A stretch of 64,000 nucleotides of DNA from Takakia lepidozioides (GCA_030704615.1 CM060731.1:67146001-67210000); one strand, 5' to 3'. Positions 11,875 through 26,353 are shown, counted from the stretch's first letter. The notes: generated from the sequence alone by a model not told the origin. Translations and numbers: made by a program.

Positions 11875-12871
11875 ATGTCGGATTACGAGAACCGTCGTTT
11901 CGGGAATGGCGAGGGGTACGATCAGCCTTCCACAGACTTTGGCTCCGTCGGAAATGATTATGGTACCGAGCAGCCTCTAGTTGTGGAGACTACAGAAACT
12001 AGCGAAGCGCAGGTGACGCTTGACGGAATTGAGGCCGCTCGCAGCAAGGAGACGAACTGGAAGAGAACGGAGATTGCCAGTGGCATTGGAGCACTGGCTG
12101 CTGGTGGTTTTGCTGCGGTCAGCATTCTACTTGCCTGTTGTACTCCTGGCAGACAGAGATATGCTTGGTTCCTTGCATTATATTGTCTTCCCTTAAATGC
12201 CCCTAGCTTGTCCCACGAGAGTTATTGAGAGAGCTGCCTGTGAGTGGGCCATCATACCGCTGGAGAAGGCTCGTATCAGTCATCTTTGTCCTAGTCAGCA
12301 TTGTGTAAATCCAACTTGCTTACTGGGGTCTTCAATGGTTGTCTATCGTCATTCATTTCCACTTTCTAGTGCTGCATTGTGGGTTGTTGTTAGAGGGAGC
12401 AGGTCTACGGATTCCTGACTGACCGGCACTCTCATGTCGTTACGGCGATTTTCACTTTTGAAGAAAGTTTCCGAACTCAAATCCGACTCGAAAAAGTTTA
12501 CAGGAAGCTGACATTTGCAATCTGAAGATAGGTTGTCAATTGTGAACAACGCACTCTTCAGTTTGCTAACTTGCGACGGTTTGCTTTTGTCTCTGTGGCA
12601 GTACGCAAAACACCAGGCCTCTGTAGATCCCACGCACGCTGGCCGGCTCAATCTTGAGGCGGAAATTGCAGCTGGTGTTGCAGTTGGAGCAGCTGGCCTG
12701 GGACTCTACGGGCACCACGCGAAGGAGAATGCCGAGGAGAGCCGAGAGCAGCTCGAGAATCCCGACGGAGAGAAGAAGCATGGTTGGTTTGGTGGCTCCA
12801 AGGACGGGTCAGCCGAAGGCAATCAGGAGACAACCGCCGATGGCGGCCAAGAGAAGAAGCACTGGTTCTAG
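11875..12871 (+). CDS. ASR: ASR-family (ABA/WDS-induced) hydrophilin; exons 11875-12117 and 12602-12871
   Basis: GIGALAAGGFAA|YAKHQASVDPTHAGRLNLEAEIAAGVAVGAAGLGLYGHHAKE matches the ABA/WDS core (LGAxAAGAFAL-xEKHxAKKDPEHA...EEEIAAxxAVGAGGFAFHEHH). Phase-0 GT-AG intron 12118-12601. KKH..F C-terminus. Confidence 0.85.
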
Positions 12872-14784
12872 ATTGCTGTGCTCCGAGATGCTGTAATATT
12901 TTGTACATTTTGAGTTACTTGCATCCCCAAAAAGCTGTACCTACCCTTTGTGGAGCTGACAGGGATAAGCGTCACATGTGGATCATGTGCCCTGGACAGA
13001 GAAGAGCTTTTGGTCTAGATATAGCGCACTCATCCAATGTACGTGACAACTGAAAGAAATGGCCTCCCTTTGTTGGCCTTTTTTCCTAGCTTTCGCAAGT
13101 AAGGCCTGTGAATGTCTTCTTCTATCACTAAACCAGATTGTGTTCCAAAGTGTGCTGCTTTTCGCATCAAAAGTCGACAACACTGAACTAAACTGATCGT
13201 GAGACTGCATCATCATCAATTGTTGTAAGTGTACATCGCTCAGTTTCTAGTGAGAAAGGGCACGTTGATAGTAGAATTGCTTTATGTGGGTCGACATAAA
13301 TAATGAGAATTTGCAAGCCGTACAATATCGTAGCAAATAGACGACCTACCATCTGCATCCGGAGTGTACCTTGCCTCCACTGAATGCTTTTGGCGATGGC
13401 GACGTTGCACCTTCAAAAAATTTGTACCCATGTGCCTGAACTCATCTTCACACACAGATTATGCAAAGTGCTTTTCCATGAATCCTCAACAACTCACAAA
13501 TACACAAGCACGCAAACTTGGACGATCAAACCAAACAACGTCTGGATCTTGAGTAGTGTGACATTGGAAAAGTAGAGGCGGGAAATGATAATCCGTCTGC
13601 ACTGTGCAGTCAACAGGAAATTTGAGATCCGGATATGGATCAGAAGCAACACGGCATTTGCAAAATCTGTGTCCACGTCCTAAAGCGTTTCAACAGCAAA
13701 CTTGGTAGAGCCCAGAAATCCATCAACCTCTGAATCCTGCATACGAGATTTAACGTTTCAGTCACATTGCTACCTACTTACATTACATGCGTGAATGCTC
13801 ATCATGCTACTGATGACCATCCGCCAACTCTGGGGGCTTGCACAGCCACCGACCAAACATTTGGCTGCGAGGAGTGCGTCTTGATTGAGAGATTGACCGC
13901 TGGCCGCACTCAGAGACTCTCACTTTTCGTATCCCTGGAACGTATCCTGCATGAATATCCCCAGGATAAATGGGTGGGACCCGGAAGAGCACAGTTTTAG
14001 AATGCTTGCTGCATAAGCATCGTTGCAGATTCCGTTCCAGAAGGCCCATGATTCATAAATCTGGAAAAAATCGCTGGATAATCTTTGTCTTCTTATTATC
14101 TTTATCCGTCAGGCGTGATTCCTGAGTATGTTTCAATCCAGTTTAATCATAGCGTCGCCAGCCAGCCGAAAAACGGACACGATACCCACGAGTGTCTCTA
14201 GAGCGTCTTGTGCGTTGCAGGCAGAGACGCCATGAAAGCTCCGAGTCAGAAGCAGCGATCTGGGCCCCACGCGATCCTGCCCACCCTCGTCTCCTGCGAC
14301 TGTACTATGATGCATTCAAGTTGATGCAACCCACTGACTTTACTGTACATTGTTGACGAGTCCGAGGTCTCGCTGGTCAAATATATAAAGTGTGTTCATG
14401 AGAATTTTCTGTCAAAAATTAGCTCTGACCTATTTTGTTTCATGTCACTCTGATCTGCCTAATTATGTCGACTTCTGATTATTGAAAGATTGGGAAGTGA
14501 ATATGTGTTCTGGTACAAGGAGGTGCCAACAATTCAAATTTCTGCCAATCGATAAATACAGCCCAGAGGTTGGGGCATTCTGTGTTACACATATTCACAT
14601 TCACAATGTAGCAAGACATAACTTTTTTGAGGAAATAGATCTGATAGCTAGTTTTCGATCAGAAGACTGGTTAGTTTGTGTTTGTTGTTCTACCCTGCTT
14701 CAGCAAGGGTCATCTCGCAAGGATGCAGGACAAACTTTGGTCAACACTCCTGTGTTTTTGTATTCAGTACTTTGCCATCAAAGC

Positions 14785-17700
14785 TCAACCTTGATTCTTC
14801 AACTGCTCCTGCAAATAAGCAAAAAATGGCTTTTACATACAGAGTGGTGAACATTGCTGAACTCACAGGAATGAGGACAATGGAGAGGAAGGGCCTCCAG
14901 AAAGGAGGCAGTTGCAGGGGTGGGGGGGGGGGGCGGACAGGAGATATTCTCAGCTGGGGGCCATTCCCAGTTTCTCCGTGCAAATTACATACCTCAGTCA
15001 CGAAGAGGGCATGAAATCCATATGGGACAGATTTGGGCAGCCTCGCGACTGCGACAGGTTCAGGGGCCATGGTCTTAGCATCAATGACAACCACTTCCGA
15101 TTTCCTGTACAAGACAGAATGTTGATTAAACAAGTGAAGCTAGTTCACACTCCACTGCCAACTGATACCACTTAAGAGTCTGATTCTGATTCTGTAGTCT
15201 AAAGCATGCATAAGACTTTTAAAGATAGTAATGCAACTCTTCTCTCTCCAAAATCCTTCCCTGTTCACTACACAGTGTGTGTAGTGGTGCAATGAGCCAC
15301 ATAACATCCACACATTAGTAAGCTGCAGTTGAGTTTAAAGCAGCATCATGCCTCATGGAACCAAGTTTTATGCTTCCTAGAGTGATATCAACATCTGCAT
15401 TTGAAATCCCCGTAACTAAACCCTTAACAATCGAATCTGATGCAGAAGTGTTATGGCATTCGGATTAAGGTTGAAACTCTACAACTGCCTCTGAATGGGT
15501 TACCCTCCTGCATTACCCCCCAAGGATGATGCATAACAAGGAACAAAAAATGATTGATTCTTTGTCCCTCTCTTTCCTCAAACTGTAAGGGTGTTTAAAA
15601 ATCGTGTACCTGTATTGAAGGAACCTTGTGTTCATACCAGATCTGACAGAAGACTTCATTTCACTAAGGGTTACCTTAACCTGAAGAACGGCTATAATCT
15701 GGGGACCAACAGGGACCTCCTATTCCTATAATGCATCAATGTTAGTAGAATCACATACCCAATATTCTCATCATACACAAAGACAATCAAGTAACCATCA
15801 TCCTCTGGTCCCTCCCTGCCAGGAGTGCAAGGCACAAATACTGCCTCTGATCCATATCGCCCAGATCCATAAAGGAATAAGCCCTTAACATTTCCCCCCG
15901 GCTTCAGCTGTTTGTTGCCTAGCTCTGGCTCCACAGATAGATCATACTTTGCAACGCCTATTACCTTTTCTGTGCTATCGTACACAGATGTGTACACGTA
16001 CTGTTGCTTCCTGCAATCACCACCATAAGAACCCTTTGAGACCCTATAAAGAAGAGGTGTTTGTGGCATATAAGTAACTCCACAGAATCAACGAGATACC
16101 TAGAAACATTTCATGGATCCGAATGATTCCAGCTCATAGTGCCATGACCATGTGGGAACTTAACTGTCTGCTATGATGAATGACAAGGTTGCACTTGGAC
16201 CATCACTACCTTACCTGCCGACGTACTCATCATTGATCTTTGGAAATTCAACGTGCAAGTCCCCAAGTTGCTTCTGTGTTACTTCTCCAGTCTTGAGATT
16301 CATCCGGTACTCATACCTGCAGTTCCAACATGCGGACACAGAATTCAGACAAATAACCAAGGTTGCTTTTAAAGAAATTCTTTGAAGTCAAAGGAACTTT
16401 GCTGAAACAATGAAAATACACTCTACTGCTGCCCCGTGATTATCTGCAATGTATTTGGGACCTGATAGGCATCATTGTATGTGCCTGTTATCATGCCTAC
16501 TGTGACACAGCTTGATGTCAGAGACAACTTAATGGTAAAGCTAGCGTATGTGCCCATTGTTTGGCGCACTACTCATCACCAGGTGCAATCAGGCAAGGGG
16601 GGATTTCCTTCATTCCTTGAGTACTACTCTGTTGAACATAGATGTAAGGAACATGGAGCTTGTACGGAGAATAAATCATGGATTAAAGGAGGGCTGTTGC
16701 ATACAGTGCAGCTTTATTGTTCTCCAAATTCTCTTCCTGAAAAATGCCGAGATCCATCCAAGGCATACGGCAAGTCACTAGAATAACTTCGTCCCCTTCC
16801 TCCCATGCGTTTGCTGCTCACCAAACCAAAGATGTGGAGATAAGTGCAACCCAACCCACCTCTTGTTTTCAAATGAATGTACCAATCAACAGATATAGGA
16901 TCTCCATTATAGGTCATGTAGCACTGGCACAGCTATGAACTACGATACGATACAAACCAAGTGTTTGTGAAAACAACCTCTCTCCTCCATGATCTGTCTT
17001 TCATGGAAGGCTCCTAACCCTTGTAATCAAGACTTCACTTTAACAAGTTGACCAGGCGGTGTGCTTTACCATTATGGAAAATAAAGCTAGTAGGAATGTC
17101 AAACCAACGGATTTGAGATTCGTTCCTGGCATAACGAGGTAGTACCCCAAACCGAGACTTTCTGCTTGGGTCAAATTTGAAGAAGTAGCCCCCTTTCAGA
17201 ATCTCCTGCAATAGGCATGAGACATGGTTGGGAAAGAAGCTGGATTAAAGATTTAAAATCCAGACAGCTAGATTATTTTATGGTCAACCAAGTTACTACT
17301 GCCAAATAATTAGCTGGAGCATGAGAACATGCTCTAGTCATGCTGAAAGGGAAGGAACAGAGCCTGCCCCCAGTTGCAGATTCAACAGTGGGGATTTAGA
17401 GTCACTCATAATTGGCAGAGAAACCTCAACTGCAGCCAGAAACGAATGCAAGGATGTCAGCAAATGTTTCTCAGAACAACTTTTTCTCAAAGTGATCATG
17501 CTTAACTGGCTCAAAATGGGGCTTGATAAATAAAAGAGCAACACAAATGGCTGCATGCCTGCCGAACATGGCCGATCCTCCATGAAATTGAACAACAAGA
17601 TACCAGCACCATTCTTGAACTAGACAACATGAATCTTGAAGGGAGGAGAAATCATATTCGTCCGCTGTAACAGAAAAAATTTAGCGAAAAGCTTGCACCC

Positions 17701-20700
17701 ACCTTTGGGCGGAGGACAAGAGGAAGGTCCATAAAAATGGCATAATTCTCAGTGATGGCGAAGTCATGCATCATAACGCACTCTGACAAAGTAATTGGCA
17801 CTGGTTCTGCCATGACCCCATCCTTGGAGGCAATGCGGTAGACCAGATGTGGGGCCTCTGCGCGGTATCCGAAAAAGAACATCTCCCCTGTATGCACAAT
17901 CCAGTCAGCTTTAGACAACCATACAGGATTCACTTCATTGGGAAAATTTAGTGACGTGGAGACTCTAGAAACAGCTGCACATCCTGTAAGGAAGAGATCC
18001 ACTTCGTATGGCCTGATTTAAACACTTTTTTCCAACCTACTCAATTCAGTATATTGCAACCCTAGTTCCTTCACCCGTTTCACCCTTCTGCCTCCTCTCT
18101 CATCTCTTCCGCGACTGGAAACAAATCTCGGTGGATATCCATCTAGACTTGCTCTTGCATTTTCCCCTCCAGGTGAAAGTCTGCTCCTTCCCAAATCTAC
18201 AAGAAAAGTTAAGCCTTACAGACATCTCCACAATGAGCATCATCAAGTATGTTAAGATTGCAAATAGGGGGTGTCAAACCTGTGAAAGCATCAATTTTAG
18301 GGTGAGCAGTAAAAGGATGGTCAACTCTGCTTTCATAATCCATACGCCCAATTGTCTCGAGATCTCCATCTTCCAATAACCTGATTGCATCTGTGTAGAA
18401 CAAAAGACTTCAAAATATTGCATGACCGGAATTGCTCGGAACACTTCGCCCACAAGTAGAAGGTACATTAAATCACATGCAAAACAAAACCATGAAGATC
18501 AATCATACAGTGATAAGTCACAAAAGGTAGTTGATCATGAAAAGAAGCCTGTTTAGCAAGGTCCCCTGGCCTTAAAAGAATGGATGCTCCCAATCACAAG
18601 CAGCCTCCACAATTCTTCTTTTCTATAGATATAGCATAATTTCCTCATATCCGCAAGGTGCAGAGTCTGATCAGAGACAACAGACCAAAACATGGACACA
18701 GGGAGGGAGACTTTTCCAGCGGTGGACTAAGAAATTGCAAGGTAGGGGGGTTCATGATAGATTCTACACAATTTTCTAGATACAATCTGTACGGAAAAAT
18801 CAACAACATACTTCCACGCCCGTACTGTCCTAGTTACATGACAATGCCTGCCAGTGTGCCTTGTTACAGGACTCTGATGGGATGCACAGGAGCAGTGACT
18901 CCGATGCATTCCAGATGATTTGCTCCAAGAGGCTTAGTACATATCCTGACAAAGACAGCTACCCACGACACAATTGTAGGCATGATACAATCAACCCAGT
19001 GTGTCTGACAATAATAACACATTTGCCCCAAAATGAAAAGCAACAACTTGATTTCGAAGAAAACTAAAGTCGAACCAGATTGCGAGTGTACAACGATTCA
19101 CCCAAGGGTGCTATACTGCAACTGAACTTACAAGGTTTGTCCCCCTCATGCAAAGCAAGAAGCTTCTTGTTGTGGAACACCAACGCCGTATTTCCTGCAA
19201 CATTGACCCTACAGCACATCTGTAAGTGCAACCATGCCACACATGGTTTCCATGCACATGCCATGCTGTCAAGGACATGGTATAGATAATAGAGATAGAT
19301 ACACATCGCGTTTTAGTCTCTCTCTTGTTTCCTACAGAGTGACTGGCAGTGCACTGAAAGCCACATATGCTCTGTATGTAGGTGGAGGGCTAGGGCGCCA
19401 GTGCTGGAACCAACCTGTGCTTTTAGTATACCCTCAATGCCACTACCTGCATGAAAACTATAAGCCATAGCCAAGTTGGCAGGGAGTATATATCCATCAT
19501 ATAGATCTCCTAAAGATATGGGAAAGTCCAGGAACCATTGTCATGTTGATGTGGTCTAGCCACTCTTATGCTAAAGACAGTTGGGAAATACCTGTTCCCT
19601 CTCCATTTGAAGGGTCAATGACCCCCAACTTCACCCGAAGTTTTTGAAGGCACAAAAACAATATCCCCCCGATTCCTCTCACATCCCCAAACTGTGACAT
19701 TTTACAGAGTGTCAGCTGCTCGATATTATCCATTTTCATGAATCTTATTTCTGTGGATGCCAAGCTTGTTACATGTTGTGAATAGTGACCTTTTTTGTGC
19801 AGTTACTGACTCTTAGATAACATAGATTGCCAAAGCAATATTAACTTCTATCGCCTCAGCTTGCAAAACCAGCTAACAAAGATGTGTAGAACAATAATTA
19901 CTCAAAGATAGGGAGAGACGGAGAGAGGACCTTCATAAACTTTGCACCACCATAATACTCCTCTTGTTGCAGCCGGGAAGTTTTGACGAAGCGTGAGACG
20001 TAAGTGACTTTCCCATTTCTGATTTGTAAGCCATGTATCATCCTGCAACCATATAGGATGACATAATTGTACCACACGGTCTAACAATTGAGTTGTTGAG
20101 TGTGGAAACTTTGAACCACTCCGGTTTCTAAGCACAGTTTGCCAGCTTATGACTCCCTTCTCCAATTAAGCTGGCCACACTCATAGATGAGGATTTGAGT
20201 ACCAAAGTGAGATAAGAGGAGCTTCCTGAGAGCTCCTCACAAAATGCTTGCTACAATCCTAATACCGGCATCTCAGGATGTATTCCATAGCACTCCCAAG
20301 TTTTAATGAGACAATCAGGGACAGAGACTTCTCCTGAACATTTGCCTAGGACTCTGAGCACGCCTTGGAGTTTCACCACATAGAAACTAGAGTACAATGT
20401 GATTTAGTTCTTGCTGCAGTCATTCTAAGACACAGTAGTCTGTATGAAACGACCCAGTCTATTACCATATCAACTAATCAGTATCAAACAAAATGCTACC
20501 AACAGCCTAAACTTTTCGCGCCGAGAGAAAGTGTCCATGTCATACACTTCTATCTGAACTTAACCATGGGGTTTAAAGAAGTGGCAGAAAAAAAGTTGCG
20601 GGGCTACGGAGGTGGGTCATGGCTATTGCCAGTTGAAAACTAAACAGCCACACCCATCGTCACTTTCCCCTGTCCCAATTGCAGAATAACACAAAGGTCA

Positions 20701-21668
20701 GAAGAAGCATACCCATCTCCATCAAACCTGCACCCAGAAAGGAAACACAACAACAACTTATCAAGATACATTCCTCTTGATACCAAGATGAAACATCCTT
20801 ATCAACAATATTAGACCATACTGTATTAGAAAGTGAAAAGCTGCAGCAGGTTGCAGTGGGTGAACCATTAACATTACTTGGAGATCAGCTTGAAGAGTAG
20901 TATTTTCCTGGACATCAAGGACTGCTTATGACAACGAAAGGGGACCATTTGAAGGACATTGAGGGGATACCAATGATATCCCGCCACTGGACTGAACTTG
21001 GGATTGGCACCAACACGCACAAACTCGCCATTCAAACAATCCTGCCATAAGCACGCACAGTTCCATTTTTAATCCACACCAAATATCAAATGCACTTGTG
21101 CATGTACTTTTATATCTTCTGGGAAATCCTTTGCACCTGCGCTTACGTCACTGGTTGCGATAAGAAAAGGGATACCGCAACGGGCCACTTAACGTTGCTA
21201 GGAGGAAGACCGACCACATCAAACAATTCTCAGTTTCGCACTTGGAAAGCCTACGAATGATAGTGCAACCCAGCGAATTCCGTTTCTTTACCCTACCCTA
21301 TCGATGGCCAGCAGCAAGCACAGTGTAACGAACACTGTAGCTGAAAACACTTTTTACAATAGCAGTGATGGATGCTACTAGCTCCACCCTCTTCACATTT
21401 CATGAAAATAACTTGGACGCAAACTCACAGGAAAAGATCCAGACACGGGAAGGTCTGCTGAAGGTTCCGTTTCCTGTACAGGAGCATAATTCCCAGACAA
21501 GTAAGGATTTGGCTCGCTGGTGTCGGCAAAAGCCCACACAATGCATTTTTCGAAGTAATCGCAGAAGGATGCAGCATAAGAGGAACGTGCGGTGGCCTTC
21601 TTCGACGAATCCGTCCACTTTGGGTAGCCACCGGATGGTAAAGGATCTGACTTCACCATGGTCCACAT
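14785..21668 (-). CDS. CCD1: Carotenoid cleavage dioxygenase, CCD1-like (RPE65 superfamily), 14 exons
   Basis: Exons read [30 protein letters not shown] (15-nt microexon 20713-20727), [67 protein letters not shown] and last exon EQLKNQG* (14808-14785). All four Fe-binding His are present and no transit peptide is evident. Confidence 0.92.
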
Positions 21669-22694
21669 TTGAACAACAATAGAGAATAACGAATCGTCAA
21701 TGTATCCCGATCCAAGAATTTTCCTGCAAAGTCGATTCCTGTTTTTGATCCCGCCAATCCAAAACTCTCAAAACGTCATGGCTTCCACAGCTCAACTACA
21801 GTACAACTGGCAATAGAGCCTCTGCGAGACCTTGACATCACCCCAACGATAAGTCCCCACCCCGCTGCCCGCCTTCACACTCACAACCCACCCTTCGCAA
21901 AACTCAATACCATTACACACCCTTCTCCGAGTCGGGAAAAAACACCGCCAGCCCACAACTTGCGAAGACTCCTCACGCCATCAAACACCGCCCAATGACT
22001 CCAATCCAGACACGAAGCTGCCAGCAGCACCCATTACATTAGAAGCTGCTATACTAAACTTCCATTGATCTGCTGAGGTCCACTGAATTACACGTCATGC
22101 ATGCAACAATGTAGGTTACAATTGACGCAGAAGAGAACTATTCGACGTCAGCTGGGATCCCATCCGTAAACTCTACTGCAAGAAAACTCCGTATTACATG
22201 CCGTGCCGTTTTTTCCTACCTCTCTCGAGACGGAGCCTGTCGTGAAATGCGAGAGTATCAGATATGCGTCGGTCGCTTTCCCCTACTTATCTACAGTCAG
22301 AGCGTGACGACATTAACATCAATTGGAGGCACGAGAAAGACAGAAACAACAAAGTGATCAATGCTTCGATTGAGTAGACTCTCAGGAAGCCGATTGGTTA
22401 TTGCGCAGCATGCTTAAGTCAAGCTCAAGCTCAGATGCGGACCTCGTGGACTTTATCAAGTAGCAGCAGTCGGAAGTGTAAAAGTTACACAAGCACACAT
22501 GAATCGTGGAGGGCAGGAGTGGATCAACGCAAAGGCAGCATGCCACGCAGCTCTTGCGACTTTGATTCATGAAAAGCAAGGCCTTCACGTGGAACACTTG
22601 TGCCTCCTGGTCCAGACACCCTACCCAGCTGGGATCATGCCAAATGGAGTAGGGGATGCTTAGCATCTAGTCTCTTTCGTCTCTAGTGGTCTTA

Positions 22695-23114
22695 GGGCCC
22701 GGTTCCATGGGCACTCCCCAGCATCCCCCTAAGGAAGGAATCGCCCTTCCAAAATGAGAGAGGGTTGGTTCCATGGACACCCTTCCATTCACCCCTCTAG
22801 AGATCTTTGGCACCACTTGCTTGCTGTGGGCCCATGACATAATAATTAACAATTAATATAAGTTTTGGATGGAAATGTCAAAAATCATTCCCTCTCCTAA
22901 AATCTAACTTAAGTTACTTTCAATGGTATTCTGTAAGGCTGCGGGTCGCTGTAGGAAAAGACAAAGGTGTCAGGTAGGGGCGCCCTGAAACTTGTTCGGC
23001 CCTTGTGAAGGGATGGCTTTTTGGCGCCCCTTAGGGAATATCCTATTTCGACCACTCACGCCTCGTAAATCCCGGGGGCATTCATGGGGGCGCTTGCAAT
23101 ATGGAGCCCCGCTC
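22695..23114. mobile_element. Putative Tourist/PIF-Harbinger MITE
   Basis: Imperfect TIRs GGGCCCGGTTCCAT / ATGGAGCCCCGCTC (10/14), flanked by TTA on both sides. Confidence 0.45.
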
Positions 23115-23888
23115 TTAAGTCCTAATGGAGTCCACCCACTCTCTCCCTAATACTGGGGTGGCATGAGTTTATGATGCTCGGATATGGATCTTTGTTGGTC
23201 CTGTATAGGGCTGCCCCCAAAGGGGCAGTAGCCGCAAGGCTAAGTGGGTCTTTAGTTACGGGGCCCTGGCCGGAGTCTTCTCTCTCTTGGTCCTGCCTGC
23301 ATGAAAAGATTACGCAATGGTTTTTCCACACTTGTCGGGGACGAGACTTTCAAGGGACAGATGTTGCCGTGGTTGTTTTTGGATGGTTTTAAGTGTTGGA
23401 TGAAAATATTGCAAAATATATCAAGCTTGTTAGAGCTTGTTGCTTTAAAGTTATTTGAAGCTAAAATAAAAAGTATATACGAGTTTGGTGTTGGATTCGG
23501 ATTATATATATATACAACTGAGGAAAAAACAAAAATAAAAACTTGAGGGTGAAGACGCATGATTCCTAATTTGTTTTTTTTCTTAGGTAATGAACAGAAT
23601 CAAAAATTGTTGATGGCATCATTGGAGACGTGAATCCAAAAGCCTTAAAGTATCTCGAATTGAAAAATAATGACATATTCTACAAACGGAATATGTAACT
23701 GGAAATTCTACATACATATTCCTAATTTGGAACGTGGTCAAGATTGAACTATGTTGTAGGTCAACAGAGTATTAGTTCATTTTTACAACTCAATTACAAT
23801 TGCTTTATGCAAGTGAATGGACTTTCACTATGTTTAACATAGTTTCATGACACTTCATTCGTCCTATCAACCTCACAAAGGAATTTAC

Positions 23889-24782
23889 CAGTGTTGTGCG
23901 GGTCCGGGTTTTGAAGGCGGGTACCCGACGGGTTAGGATCCGGGTTACCCGCCCCGCACCCTGACCTGGGCTATCACAAAAAACCCGGATCCTGACCCGG
24001 GTTCATTTCTAAAATGAACCGGGGACTGGACCCGGACCCGCCTGCTGGGTCCAGAACCCGTTAAACCCGCCACCTGCGGGCCAATGTATCGGGGTCAGGT
24101 GCTCTGTCTTAATTTTAGATGGGGCATGCGGGGTCCACCTTGGATCTGGTAGGTTGTGTGGAGGGGACGAGCAGCAATAGGCCACTGCAGTAGCCAGTGG
24201 GAATGGCCACATACCACCTCAAAAGCAGTTGTGGGTTCAATCCACGTAGTGGTGTCACAAAGTTGTGCCCTATGGGACCATAATTTACACCTCCCAAAGG
24301 AGGCATCTTATATTATTATTAGGCCAGATCCCACACATCCATGCTAAGTGATCTATCCTTGAGGCATATTACTATTCTTAACATGTTTAAGGAATTGATA
24401 TTGAAAAATAGAAAATGGAACTCAAACTTCTATTTTAATTCTTGTGTTAAATGAGCAATACATATTCATGGTAGGAATGTCTCTTTAAATAAAATTCATT
24501 ATTAGGATTTAAAGTTTTTTCCAGACAAAAATAATTTCATCCCTAATTAATCTTATTTTTCTAATTTATTTAATCAATTAATTAGGACCCGGATCCGAAC
24601 CGGTGAACCCGCTAATATTTCCCAACAACTACCCGGACCCTAACCCGAGTCCGTGTTGACAAACCCGGACCTGGATTTTCCAAATTTCAAAAACCCGGAT
24701 CCGGACCCGGACTTGGCTCCAAAAAAAAACCCGAACCCGGACCCGGCGGGTTCCTTAAAAAGGCAGAACCCGCACAACACTG
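23889..24782. mobile_element. Non-autonomous hAT element (family A)
   Basis: Perfect 15-bp TIRs CAGTGTTGTGCGGGT / ACCCGCACAACACTG; perfect 8-bp TSD GAATTTAC (23881-23888 and 24783-24790); dense subterminal ACCCG/CCCGG motifs at both ends. Confidence 0.92.
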
Positions 24783-24939
24783 GAATTTACCTTCCTGGAA
24801 TATGGATAACAACAATATCCAATTGCCCGAACCTGGATAACAACACTATAACGGTAATAACCGACAATGTGGTTGCCCAAACCTCCGCAAGGGCTCAAAG
24901 TGGTGAGGCACTTTCACATTGACTAACTGATTCACCCAT

Positions 24940-25090
24940 GACTCCGTTTTTCGAAATGACTATGATGGATGTCATCCAATATACACAACATACAACTACA
25001 TAGTTTTGAACCAAGTACCAAATTGTACGACAACCTTGTGCTCTAACCAGGCCATTTGTTGGATGCATGTTGGAAGACCATTGCATGGAG
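24940..25090 (-). mobile_element. Possible Mutator-like transposase remnant (SWIM zinc-finger-like)
   Basis: Frameshifted minus-strand peptide HKVVVQF...SKLCSCMLCILDDIHHSH resembles a decayed CxC..CxH SWIM motif, within AT-rich TE-like DNA. Confidence 0.3.
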
Positions 25091-26353
25091 TTCTAGCCTT
25101 GCAATTCAGGGCTCAAAGATCACATTCTAACTTAGTGGATGTTGTTAACCCCTAAACTCTCGCGTGGCCGGAAACGAGCCTCCAGCCATCTTCCGGTAGC
25201 TGTAATTTGGTGAGATCTGATTCAATTTCAAAAATAAAAATGCATGAGAAGGCGCCCGTTGTCTGGAAGAAGACGACTGGGCAGATTTTAGAGTTCAAGA
25301 TCCTTCGATCAAAGCAGCAGGGGTCGGCGGCTCGGTGTTCCCGCGGTTTCAGTTTTGCTTCCCCAGTTTCCCCTTCTCTCTCACCGTGCCTAGCGTGCGT
25401 TTGCAAGTGGTTGTTCTATGTTGCGCAGGTTACCCTTGCTGATCGTGTGATGCGTGACTTGAAGGTGCCCGCGAGCTACTTTGTCTGTCTGTTCTGTTTT
25501 AGGTGTTGTCTCATTTGCATTGCATTCTAGGATTTTCTGGAATGAAGTATGCCAAAAATCCAACAGTATCTACCTAAAAAACTATTGAAGTGGAGAATTA
25601 AATTGTGGTCTTTGGCTAATGCAAAGTCTAAGTATGTTCATAAAATGGAAGTGTACCTGGGCAAGAACATGAAGTAGATTTGACCCACGACATGAGGCAT
25701 GTAGTAGTGACTCGGCTTCTTTTTGGCTTCTTTTTGGCTCCTTTTTGGCTCCGAATGTCGTGGGCATATTGTGACGATGGAAGTGTGTCTCATATGGTAC
25801 AAGACAGAGGTACTTTTGTATGTTGTGTGGAGATCTGCCTTTGTGCTTGGGGGGTTGCTTTGTGAGGCATCACAGTGGCTATGGACTCTAACTTTGGAGG
25901 TTGTTTGCTGCTGGTGAGAGGTGGCTGCTGGTACGAAGGAAGGGGAACCTCTAACCACTATCCTCATGTGATTGTAATCCTATGTCTATGCTTGAATACT
26001 GTCATTGTGTAGGTATTAGTGGCTATATGCTCTTTCTGGCTATGAAGAGGTTATATAATTAGAATTTGATAGCGTCTCTCTTGGATAGAGAGTCAATTGG
26101 TAAGCTTGTGTAGGTATTAGCTTTCCATCAAACCAAGCCCCACCAGTAAACGGTGGGGCTAGCGTGGCCGCTCCATGGCCAACATTCGGCAACCACGTTC
26201 ATGGACGTGCATCCTATCAATGCACAACCGAGGCATGTGTGGCCTGGGTATGAGTCCCAATCCCTTTCAGCGTGAAACGGAGACCCTCACATCCATTCAA
26301 AATTGTGTTTTTCTTTTTCTTAACATTTTATGTGATTCTTTTGTCCTTTCAAT

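Noticed and set aside
13480-14320. Open frames between ASR and CCD1
   Set aside because: No recognisable domain or consistent exon chain.
11875-21668. ASR plus CCD1 as an ABA/apocarotenoid gene cluster
   Set aside because: The dioxygenase is CCD1-like rather than an NCED; adjacency alone is not evidence of a pathway.
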